From NCBI GenBank assembly GCA_964304625.1, contig OZ199838.1, forward strand, positions 11,944,524 through 12,008,523: a DNA stretch of 64,000 nucleotides. Direction: 5' to 3'. Under the pieces are notes generated by a model, which saw only the letters and a program-made list of their open reading frames with translations, was not told where the DNA came from and searched no databases. This document shows, in pieces, positions 52,715-64,000 of the stretch; the stretch's first letter is position 1; each line of letters begins with the position of its first letter. The translations under genes and the position numbers were made by a program. The DNA is from Kudoa neothunni. Lineage: Eukaryota > Animalia > Cnidaria.

Positions 52715-53240
52715 AACCTAAATGTCCTCTATTTCTCAAATTGGGGGAAATTTATCGTTTCGCTGCCGTTCCTCCTTAGTTTCTGCATTATCAAAGTGGA
52801 GCGCCCTTGTTAATTTCCTGAATCCGTATAAGGAAAAAAAATCTTTGTATATCCTCCTACCTTCGTCACAACTGAAAATTTCAACAACTGGCTCTTGGTT
52901 TTCCTTATGGATAGTTAGGTACAATAAACAGCCAATGAAACCATGTATTTCATCAACATAAACATCTTCCAGTTATTTCTATAATGGTTCTTACCGCACT
53001 GAGTCATATATTTAATTGTTTGTTCCATTATTTCTATTGGGAAGAAATGCTGAAAATATCCTGCAATACTAAAGATCCTTTGTGTGGCGTACATAGTCAC
53101 ACCTTAAAGAAAATTCATTTTATTCTTTGCCGCCATCTTGGTTTTCTTTGTTTTGATTGCACTCCATAAATCGTTGTTTTTGTCTACAAGCGAATACATC
53201 AATATCGGTTCTATTTGCCATTTTCCGTACATGCGCCGCA
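52715..53240 (-). pseudogene. piggyBac transposase N-terminal fragment (PGBD4-like)
   Basis: FFPIEIMEQTIKY...GRRIYKDFFSLYGFRKLTRALHFDNAETKEERQRNDKFPPI matches the pre-catalytic RFxxLxxxLHFD...DKxxPI block. Confidence 0.75.
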
Positions 53241-55040
53241 AATATTTTACTTTTAGTTTTACAAATTTTCGTATTTAAATTATTACTAATCAATATTCAC
53301 TTAATTATTGTTTATATGAGACAAGTGTAACAATTTTAAATTTTCTTTAAACTAAACTAAGTTTTTCCAGTATTAGTGGAAAAGTCATTCAAAAAATATT
53401 GTAACATAAATATATGTTTTAGGAGATCAAAATATGTTAAAACAATATATAAAATTACAGACTTGAACTATTAGTAATTTTGGAGAAATTCATTGTCGTG
53501 TCAATAGACAGTTCGGTCAAGGGACTATATACTAGCGTGTCAACAGCCATTGTCTTAGAGAAAATTATAAAGAAGCCTATAAAACTATTCTTGGCCGGTA
53601 AACTATGTTGACGTTATAACAGTACATTTAAATTAAATCAATCTATTCAAATCAAATCAAAGGTTACTCGTACCGTCCAAAAATACACAATATACATAAC
53701 AACTTCTCGTATAATTCTTTTAATAAAAATAAGCCCCTCAGAAAAAAATAAGCATATACCATATGTTAATAGCATATTTCCATTTTGCACATATATTTAG
53801 TTGATCATTCTATTATTATTTGGTCCACATAAAAAAGTATTAATAAATAAAGTAAATATATAATATATCCGTTTAGGTCTTATTGTTATGGTCCTACAGT
53901 AACTAAGTAATCAGAATTATAATTTGCGAACGATAAACGGTATTGTAGAAATCATATTTACTAAGAATCAAAAAACCAAAACATATATAAAGTGAAAACA
54001 AATCTGAATATTTGAAACCCCCTTTCTTCAAAATCTAAGATTTAACGACATTAACATTAAGATTTTTAAATTTAAAAAGCAGTGTTTCCCCATTTTTTAA
54101 AAATTATTGATTTGTTAACTTAAACCGCTATAAACTTTGAATCAAGCTTCGTATCACTTTAAAATTTGAAAGCGATTTATATATATATATTTCCCTCCTT
54201 AAAATTAAAATGTATTCTATCAGATCTAATCTAATTTATCGACGGACCTCAAAGATTAACATTTTTAGTTCTTCACTTCGACAAAAACAACGTTAAATGA
54301 AACTCGTAGTAATCCAACCCGCAGTAGGCAAGATAAGTGTATACGAGATTTATAGACCGAAAATAAGGAATAAAAATTTAAAGTTTATCGATCAATATTA
54401 TATTAAGTTAAACAAAAAAGGTGGAGATCACGATTAAAAATATGATTAGATGGGAAACAAGACCATTTCGATTCTATTGGGGGGAGGTTAACGACCGTAT
54501 TAAATGTTAAGACATTTTTATATAATTAGTTATTGTTTTGTGGTATTCATAGTCATTAAACACTAAACGATATCAATAATCGAGGGAATGATTTCCAAGT
54601 GCGCCACACTGCCCAATTCTGTAACCATTATCCATTTCACTTCAACGCTCAGGATTTTCTACATCCTATCAGAGCCGTTCACAAACGCTCATAAATGTCC
54701 ATGCCCCATCAAAATCTTTCCACGTTCCACGTTGGGAACCACTACCTTAAATTGTATTTTTCCAAAAATAACATAGAGTCAAACTGACAGTAAAAATCCA
54801 AAGAAAAATATCCGAAAAATACGTTGTCCATATTAAACAACTGTTTAGGGAAGGTACTGACAGGTGTAGATTCAATTTTACTGACAGCGGTTCTAATAAA
54901 TAATTATCTTTTAATTTAACATAAGATATACATTAGGCATTATTGGAGATATAGATTATTTCAAACAAAATCGTCGTTAAAGTTATTTTTGGGTATAAAT
55001 AACTTTTTTAATTTATTTAAAATAATTTTTTCGAATAATA

Positions 55041-56291
55041 TTAATTAAAATATGAAATTTTATGTTGAATAGTGCTAAATCTGGAGTGGAAGCAAAGATA
55101 CACATTATAACCAATAACTTTGTTTATAATTGACTTAAAATGGCCCAAAAACACATTATAATCATATGCACCTTGACTATGATTACAGTTTGAATGAGAA
55201 AACTCATTAGACTTTTCCAAGAGAGTGGTATCGAATGGGTTGTATCCCTTATCTAAATAGCTACAAACTTGATAGCAATATGGTAGTGTTCCAAGCAGAT
55301 TTAAATTAAATTCGCGGGAAAGTTGGCAACCACCACTAACTCCATTATTACACAACAATTTATTTTGAAACTATAAAAATTAAAGAAAAATCGTAAAACC
55401 AATAACAAACTTGGCACTTTGGGCACACAAAAAAGCTCATATTCTCGATTATTCCCAATACATCGAGTGTGGTCTTTTGGCAGAATGTGATTTCTCTCCT
55501 GACATCGTTGGTAGCCACTTTCTATTTTTACAAATAACAAAAATAGACATAATTGGAGACAATAACTCATAAATAAACCTGAGGAGTGGTGACTAAGATC
55601 ACATGAACATTATTTTGTTGGTATAACATCTCGGAAAGTGTGATATGTTCATCACTTGTACCTAAAAGAAAAGATGAGGAAAAAATTATGTTGTCTTGGA
55701 TAGAGATAAAAATGAATTAAAAACCTGGTGGAGTATCTATAATTAGAAAATCCAGGTCATTCCAAGCAACGTTTTCAATCATTTCTTTGATCATAGCTGT
55801 GAATTAGGTAAAACCTCAACAAAGCAAACACAAGTACAATTCTTTTTAGGCCCTCTCCATATGATAGCGTCATCTTCGTTTTCGAGGAAATAGGACATGG
55901 AAATTGCGCACAAATACTCATTCATTGTTACTGGTATCCATTCGCTTATAGATTTTGTTGAAAATTCGAAAAAACAAGAAAACACTCTCACTCATCAGAT
56001 CCTTTGATTACATTGGTGTTTTGTAGTTGACTGGAAAGCATTTTGCCAATACTGGGTCCGCACAAGTCGAGATCAAGCAACCCTACCTGCCCAGCAGCAT
56101 TCCACACGTGAATCAAAGAGGAAAATCTTTGCAAATACTTTATTCTTGTTATGCGAAAGGTATTGAGCAAGCAGTACTGAAAAGGTGCTCTTTCCTACGC
56201 CTCCTTTTCCTGACATTACCAAAATAATTTTTTTCACCAAAGACACGCCCTTCATCAAATTGATCCACTCTCCTGTTGTATCCGAGCACAT
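55041..56291 (-). CDS. NUBP2: cytosolic Fe-S cluster assembly factor NUBP2/Cfd1 (Mrp/NBP35 ATPase), multi-exon
   Basis: [65 protein letters not shown]; no N-terminal 4-Cys cluster of NUBP1 seen. Confidence 0.9.
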
Positions 56292-56523
56292 GCGTAATAA
56301 CAATAATATTTAAGCCATTGGTTGCACATATACGTATTTATTCCTTCTTCTTAGGTGTTTTGTTTAGAAAAAATAATTTTGGATGAGTTAAACGGTACTT
56401 TCTATGAATTTGTTAACCATAGTAATTGTATATTTAGTGAATTTTCTAATTTTATTATTTACATAATAAACTCATGAAAAAACCACAACAGATTAAAAAA
56501 ATATTTATAATCTAATTTTATTA

Positions 56524-57359
56524 TTATAAAATATGACACCGCTTATGTTTTTTATGTGATTCTTTGTTCTCATTCCTCTCCAAAATTTGACTACTAATAA
56601 GATCGACTATATGATTGAAAACCCTTGATACACATTTGACATCAAACGAATACACCTCGAATAATTCACTAAATTATTTCAAAGATAAATATAAACATTG
56701 ATAGACAAATTGATCTACCATCCATAAAGTTTGGAAACCAATTCAGATCTCTCCTTTGATACCTCCCTTGCAGTGACCATATCTGTTTTTGTGCCAACAA
56801 TCACCACAGGTACCTACATTTGTAAAATTAAGACCGAAATTCCGATCGAAAAACACATACTAGTTGGGATCTTTCGTGAATATTGTAGATTTTATCAATT
56901 ATATCGGATATCGCACGGAATGAGGAGACATCGATGATTGAATATACTACCACAAATCCGTCACTATAATAAATATTTCGATCCATCGTTTTACTTAACC
57001 ATTCCTAGCAGTTATATTCCAATATAAATTTTTTTATAGGTAAGGTGGTTTTGTGAAAAGAATATAATTTTACGTGATAGGTAATTTCTGTGAATTTTAC
57101 AGTGAACTTGGAACTTCCGTAATGGAATTTCTACAGTGTAATATTTGAAACGTATACATAATTTATGGTAGTAGATACTTGAGAGAAACATTGAAAATAT
57201 TCCATCAAATCCTGACTTTCGCTGAGTTTATTTTTTAAAAATGTGTATTCCTTAATGATGATTGTTGAAGAAAACAATTGTTATGATAGTAAAAATAACC
57301 ATAGATGTCTTTCCAACATTTGGACTACCTACAATCACTACATGAAGTTCATAATCCAT
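56524..57359 (-). CDS. atypical Ras-family small GTPase with CAAX box, multi-exon
   Basis: VVIVGSPNVGKTS (G1), DGFVVVYSIIDVSSF, VPVVIVGTKTD (G4), C-terminus KKHKRCHIL; short GT-AG introns keep the frame open. Confidence 0.8.
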
Positions 57360-58251
57360 TAGTCTAATTCATTAATAATAATCTTTATTGAATATTATGT
57401 GAAATACTATGGTCCAGTGAAAAATAATTAACTTTGCTAAACAATAATTTTGTTGTGGTGATTTTGATGATAGTTTATGAATGTTCATTAATATTTTGAT
57501 ATTAATTACTATTATATAAATTAATAGCTGATTCATATTGAGACAATTGTTGCAATAATATTTGATAAAAAGATAAATTTGTTGCTAATTAAAAGCTCTT
57601 CTGCTTGATGGTAACGTTAATTTTGCTCACAATGCCTTATCACTACTTACTTGAGCTAATGCACATAAAATAATAATAAGTTTATCCGAAACACTTAACA
57701 TAATTCGTGATAGTGAATTAAAATCTACCTGGTGAGACTTAAGAGATTATCCAACTTATAAAAAATGATTTCAATGAAAAATTTTTTTCAGTTGTAACCT
57801 ATTTTTAATTAGACATCAACTTAATTTACTTCTCAGACCATAGAATTTTAAGTCATGCATAAGGGGTAACTTATATAGTGTCATTTATCTATAAATTTTA
57901 ATTTTCTGAATCTAAGCTAATGGTATTAGATTCGAGCTTTTTATCAAACTATTTTATAATTTACTATGTTAATTTAGTTTTGATAACTAATTTTTTTATT
58001 TGTATGAGCCAAATTTATGTTATATAATGGTTACATGAATATGACATGTAAAATGATAATGCAAACTTGGTAACTAATTCGGCTGAATTAATTATAGTAA
58101 TAGTAGCACTCATGCAAAGTTAAATTTATTATTTCTAGAATTGGCCATTACTATTTTGAAATATCATCTATTTATAAGAATATTGTAAAGAATTTTGAAA
58201 TTTTTAGCTGTTAATAAAATAAAAAGTGGGATACCTCATATTTCTCTGTGG

Positions 58252-59774
58252 CAGTGTTTCCCTACAGGGGATGCGAGGAACTACCGCTGGGAGTTCAGGA
58301 GTCATTCCAGAATAAATTTCAAAATTAATCTTAATATATTCATTTCGTAATTTTCGTTAGTCCCCGTCTAAATCATGTAAGGACGTCATTCATGTAATAA
58401 TATTTTTAGTTGTTTTAGTAACAATTAGTTTCTATTCAAAAAATGAGATATGAACATTTATTTAATTTATAATTTGTTTTACTTAATTCTACCAAATAGA
58501 GGCAATAAAAAAATACTTTATATTAAGCCTATTTAACCTACAAAGTCTATCACTCGCTATTTTCATGTAAAATCCTAACTGTGTTGTCATTTAAAGTAGC
58601 ATATTTTTATGATTACGCTGTAATTACGTTGTCGGAATTTTTATCTTCTTAGGAATGATCTGCATCCTTAAAAATAAAACTATTATGAAGTTTAAACTTT
58701 GTTTCCGTCTAAATTTGAGGCCCGTCATTTAATTTTAAATTCTTTGTTACGTTACATTTTATGTTTTATGCTCGAATTTGTACTTGGCCTCTGATATGAA
58801 TTTTAACTAAATTGTCCTTAAAAAATTTTGGTAAAACAAAAATCAGAGCATTCATTTATACACTTAAATAAATGAATATCAATTTTAATAGAATAATTAG
58901 TTAATTTTATTCAGTTACATTAAGAAGGCATCTGTTTTGAATTTTCTGAATTCTTCTAAACCCATTGTCTCAATGTTTAAATTAAAATCTGACTCGATGT
59001 AGAATAAGGAATTCATTAGATTTTACCTCACAGGTTGCTATATGAGGCGAACGTTTCGACTTTATTGTATAAAAATAAAAAGTATCGGAATTCCTTGAAA
59101 CTCCAAACGATTTACAAGTATCATTTCCCAACAATGTTTCACACATTGAATTACTTAACAAAAACTGGTGAGAGCGAGAAAGCCGCCAGATCAATTAAAC
59201 ACCAAATAACATTTTTGTTTGAAATGGTGAGTTTTTTGTGAACTGCGTGGATTGGTTATTATTATTTAGCATATTTAAATTTCTCCTTTAAATACAGAAC
59301 TTAATCAAGCGACTATCATTTTTATTAATGCAATCCGGTATGGCTTTTATATAAATTTGTTGTTTCTAATATTTCGAAATAATTATAATTACATTTTAAG
59401 TTAGAATTGTTTATTACATTACATAAAAATGATAGGTTTAAGCAGGAATAAATAATAGCTTCAATCGTTGAGTGTTAAATCATGTGGCAGCAAAAGATAT
59501 TTTTTCTTTTTAAATAGTACGTAGAAAATTGAGTTGATCAACAAAATTTTGTTTAAATTGATGCAGTTTAAAAATAATTCGGAAAATTAGAAAGTTGAAA
59601 TATCATTTAAAATAATAAAAGGTATAATTTAAAAACGTTTTTTACCGATATTATTATTTTCGCATTTAAATAATAGGTCAAATTAAGCCTTGACTGTCAC
59701 ATGAGGGTAGGGGTGCGAGGTGGGCGGGGAAATTAGCATGGGGGTACGAATGTAAAATTTCTAGGGAAACACTG
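58252..59774. mobile_element. non-autonomous hAT element
   Basis: Perfect 13-bp TIRs CAGTGTTTCCCTA / TAGGGAAACACTG; degenerate TSD ctctgtgg / ctctataa. Confidence 0.75.
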
Positions 59775-60509
59775 CTCTATAACAAATACGTTCAACAGCA
59801 ATTCGGTAAGCCAGCATCGGTCGTTAAATGTAGTAAATGGTTTTCTCTTCGTCCACTCATTGAGCTACAACCATAACGAGATTCAATGGCGACCGTATTC
59901 AAAATTACCCCAGTTAGTAGTTAGATGTAAAATACTAGAGTTTCGAATAAATCATAGTAAGGTATTGATAGTTAGTCTGTCTCATTTTAAATATCCATAA
60001 TTAATTATTTTAAAATTTAGAAATAAACTCATGAGTTACTCTAAGTCACTTCTCTACAAATATCGGACCAATAAATGAAGATAAGTACTAACTTAATAAC
60101 ATTTTCGCGTTCTAATTTTTTATTTGAGCTTCGCCAATAAGTCATCGAACTAGTAAATGTCTGTATGAGAATGTAAAATGTAACTTTTCCTTTGTAATTA
60201 ACTGATAAAAATGGAAGTCAGTATATAGAATAGAAGCATCACAATGTTTAGTTTAAATAAAATTTGAACCCTGAAAACATCCATTCGAAATTTTGTTAAA
60301 CAAAATGGAATTGTTGATACAAACCTCAAACTCTATTTGAAATTAGCATAAAAGATAATTTTCGGATAATAATTCAGATGATGGAATTTTCGTTTATGGA
60401 AAACCAAATTTAAATATCGTAATAAGAAGTGAATTCCTTTATTACAAAATAAGTGAAATCAAAAACCACTGGGAAATTTTTTAAATGTCATCTATGATAA
60501 AAATCCTTT

Positions 60510-60600
60510 ATCTCTTATATATATATATATATATATATATATGCTGAGTTTTCCGTACGTGTGTTTGTGTGTGTCCTAAGTACACACGCGCACGAAAATT
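60510..60600 (+). repeat. (TA)n microsatellite followed by a (GT)-rich tract; possible Helitron-type 5' end
   Basis: ATCTCTTATATA...ATGCTGAGTTTTCCGTACGTGTGTTTGTGTGTG. Confidence 0.5.
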
Positions 60601-61866
60601 TTTTCCTTATAGATAGATATTTATTTTACTTTTAACAGTTTACGATATTATTTGTTATTACATTGACAGAAGTTCAAAAATAATGGTTCAAATTGTGTTG
60701 TCCTCGGTGTTGGGTTTGTTAAACGGACTACGTGGTTTCATTAATAGGATTGTATTTGTTTATTCATGGCGACAATTATATATGTACACTGAACTTGTGC
60801 AAGTTATTTTGAACGATTTTAAAGGTTCAAACATAAGCTATAAATCTATGATTTCAAGATACATCTTATATCGTTTATCTATCTGTACATTTAAAGTAGA
60901 TGTGCTTACTTGGATGTGTGCTTAAATAGACTCCATACTTTTAGAGCTTTTAATATATTCGCCTTGATAAATACACTTTGAAAGTTCTACAGATGGCATC
61001 TAAGATAGCAAAAATATGCAAATTTTCTAAATTAATGAAGAATTGGAAGCGTATGTTGTAATCAGATGGATTCAATCCTTACATACTGGAACTAGGTTCC
61101 AAATTTCATTATAGCGACCGTTAGACTTAATTATAAGCGATGATAGTTAATATATAGGTTGAAATCTTACTTTATCTAATTATTTAACATATCTTAATTA
61201 TATTGAGAGGCTACCCGACAGTTTTGAGAAGAAAGTGTATAAAAATGTGTCGGATAAAGATATTAATTTGAGCAATAAAAATTAATCATCGTAAGTTATT
61301 ATCGATTTATTCAGGTCTTGCTACTTTCATTATCTCTCTAAAATGATCTCAATTTTTACTGTGCTCATCACAGTCGTTGTAAGTATGATATATAAAAAAA
61401 AGAATTATTTAATCTCTCCTCAGGGCTAACCAAAAGTGACTTATATTTCTTTATTTTTTGTCCGTATTCTTCTATGATGAAATTTTCTCAATTCCGTGTG
61501 AAGCTGGGCAGTCCGCGTTAATATAGACAAAAAATGGGGGTTTAATTTTACGAATAAATTACAGAATGTGGGCGAGCACTATACATCATTATTTGTTAAT
61601 CCAAATATAACTACTAAAGTAAGATTTGAGAAAAAAATATGTTCATAATCGTTAATGATCTTCAGAAATGCAATGTTGCTGTGGTTACTAGAGACAAATT
61701 TTTCAAAAAATCATTTTTGGGTTATTCAATAACATTTTTATTAACATTTTACTCAAATGGAGTTAACTTCTTTTTCTCGCGAATAAAAAAAAGTTAATTT
61801 TCACATGTCAACTAAGGTTGTAACGTTTCTCGAATATTACTCATTATTTTTTTGAATAATATATGA

Positions 61867-62581
61867 AGTGGCTATATCTCCGAAAATGAATTTCTCTCAA
61901 TCTTCATTATATATTACTATAAAATTTTACGTTTCAGCCAACTAATAAACAATTTGTTCATATTTACATTAGATCACCCAGATATCTACAATAGATACGT
62001 ATCTCTTATTAGAATTTATCCCTTCTATGAATTATTCACTTGTTTAGTAAAAAATATATTTTTTAGTATTAATTATATTTTTTAAGCTTTGGTGTTCAAT
62101 AGCTTTAAATAAGTAAACCTTGGAAACATTCAATATGACAATTTTTATCATCCAGGGAAGAAAAAACATCGAGAGATCGTTTGTGTTAAAAATATGCGGC
62201 CGTATTTTTTTTCTTTTTCAAACCAATCGTCGTTGAATACCTACCTCTCAAACATCTAATCGGTTTCACGTCTGAGGGAATTGGATTGAGTTCCGATCTC
62301 AAGCATTTTCAAACACAGAAACTAAAGTAGTACGTACACTGCCGGATGCTTGGTTCAAATTAATATTAAAAAAATGTCTGTTTTTTAAAGAAATAACATA
62401 CAATATAATGGGTTTGACTACAAAAAGTATTGTTTTTGATTACATGAGACCAATATCTTCATCAAAATCTCAATTGTTCAAAAATTAAAAAAAATAAAAT
62501 GGATAAACATAAATTGGAAACTAAAATTATATAGTAATATATGTGATTTTTGAGATATTCACTGTCTGAGATATAGCCACT
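61867..62581. repeat. inverted repeat pair, probable arms of a decayed MITE
   Basis: AGTGGCTATATCTCCGAAAATGAATTTCTC versus reverse complement AGTGGCTATATCTCAGACAGTGAATATCTC. Confidence 0.55.
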
Positions 62582-64000
62582 GCTTATAATGTATCCAGAA
62601 TACAGCCTTGTTTTCTCTCTATTCTGGAAATTTTTAATTGGTTTAACAATATTTATTATTTCTTAACATTTAATATTATTTCTTTTATGTGGTTCTAGAT
62701 TGATAATAAAATTTAATTTAGTCATATTTCTATAGTGCCCTAATACCAGCAACGTTGAGTAAACTTATTGTTATTGTGCTTTTGGGCTGATTACGACTTA
62801 ATAAATACAAATTAAAAGGTTCTAATCTTGTAAATTAATAAGAGATTTAAAAAAATTAAATAATCTACAAATTGTTTTCAATTTCTATCATAATGAGTAC
62901 GAATTTGGTTTAGAGCATCGGGCGAAAACAAAATTACAGATGAGTATCGTTAAAAATGTAAATTTATATGTTTAGTTAATAATGAACAAACATGGAGAAT
63001 TTAAATTTTGATTATACATTTATTAGGAACATTACTGGTAAAAAATATGAATACATAGTTCTTTACTGTATTGTTTATTGGAGTTTACAGAGTTTTGTTG
63101 TTTATTTACTATTATCAGTTAGTTGGTAATTTTGCAAAAGTGTTATTTACGTTTTTGTACTCATTAATGGATATTTTAGACTCGATAATATTGATATAAT
63201 ATTTTTCTCACGCATCAAAATTATAAGAAAATATTATGCGGAAATATCGCCAACAAAGTGCAAAATATAATATGAAAATTAACGGATTGTATTATTGTGG
63301 GATCTGTCTTAAAGACTTATCTAAGAATATCAACAACAGATTTTTTTCTAAGACATCGTAAAATAAAACGTAACATTTAATTTCAAATGTAAAATTAATG
63401 AGTGTTTTTAATATTTTTTATTAATTTTTCGAAAAATATTATTTTTAATCTTGATTATTTAGCCCAATTCATTGGGACCGTGATCTAAATCCGCCTTACA
63501 CACCAATTCGCATTAACCTTTTGTTGTTTATCAAATTTGTTCGATGATAGAAATTTTTTTATTAATAAGAATTTTTATACATAATAAAACTTTAAGAGGT
63601 AATATATTTGATGAATTTTGTGAGATTTTCCCCCAAACACAATAATCATCAATTGTAGTTCCAATGATACGGGATTATTATTAATTTTGTTTATCACTGG
63701 TTAGGTTTAAAAGTTTTGTTAAACTAAATTTCCGAATAATCAAGGTCATTATGGAGAGTTTGCTATGGATTTTTGTTTATTCGTTTTTCCAGTTGATTAT
63801 TTATTGTTCGGATGGACCCTCGTAATTATAAACTGACTTCTTTTGTCCTAACTATCAGCAATAGAACTCCAAAACCTCGGGAAAATTCAACGAAAGGTCC
63901 CCTACTACCATTAATTACTCGTGTAATACTTTGATTAAATTTTCCGTGACTATCATTATTAAAGGTTAAAATACCCATCGAAACCAACCGCTACGCTAGA

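Noticed and set aside
55301-55570. ORF resembling a small Cys-rich secreted protein ([18 protein letters not shown]...)
   Set aside because: It is an off-frame reading of a NUBP2 intron plus the exon [14 protein letters not shown]...[11 protein letters not shown]
1-64000. CRISPR arrays, rRNA genes or prokaryotic operons
   Set aside because: No regularly spaced repeats or rRNA-like sequence seen; genes have spliceosomal introns

Overview
AT-rich eukaryotic genomic DNA with many 40-120 nt GT-AG introns and very divergent proteins. An integrin-beta-like gene and RICTOR point to an animal, probably a reduced parasite such as a myxozoan or orthonectid; this is inference only. Host genes: two tandem cathepsin L-like (papain C1A) genes without signal peptides, a diverged integrin beta, tRNA-Arg(TCG), RICTOR, NUBP2/Cfd1 and an atypical CAAX-box Ras-family GTPase. 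Much of the rest is transposon debris: at least four piggyBac elements, two Merlin/IS1595 transposase pseudogenes, several hAT MITEs, a three-copy GG-ended MITE, a Gypsy gag remnant, an IS630/Tc1 fragment, a tRNA-derived SINE and Helitron-like ends. The standout is two highly diverged, decayed copies (about 13.1-15.75 kb and 19.3-22.2 kb, minus strand) of a virus-type replication gene. It fuses a PrimPol/herpes-NCLDV-type AEP primase, a UL52-like Zn finger and a D5-like SF3 helicase. Both copies carry a 45-nt phase-1 spliceosomal intron at the same codon. Copy 2 lies between imperfect terminal inverted repeats (18822-23106) with no transposase or capsid gene, suggesting an undescribed primase-helicase-encoding mobile element family. 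All gene models and alignments were made by eye.
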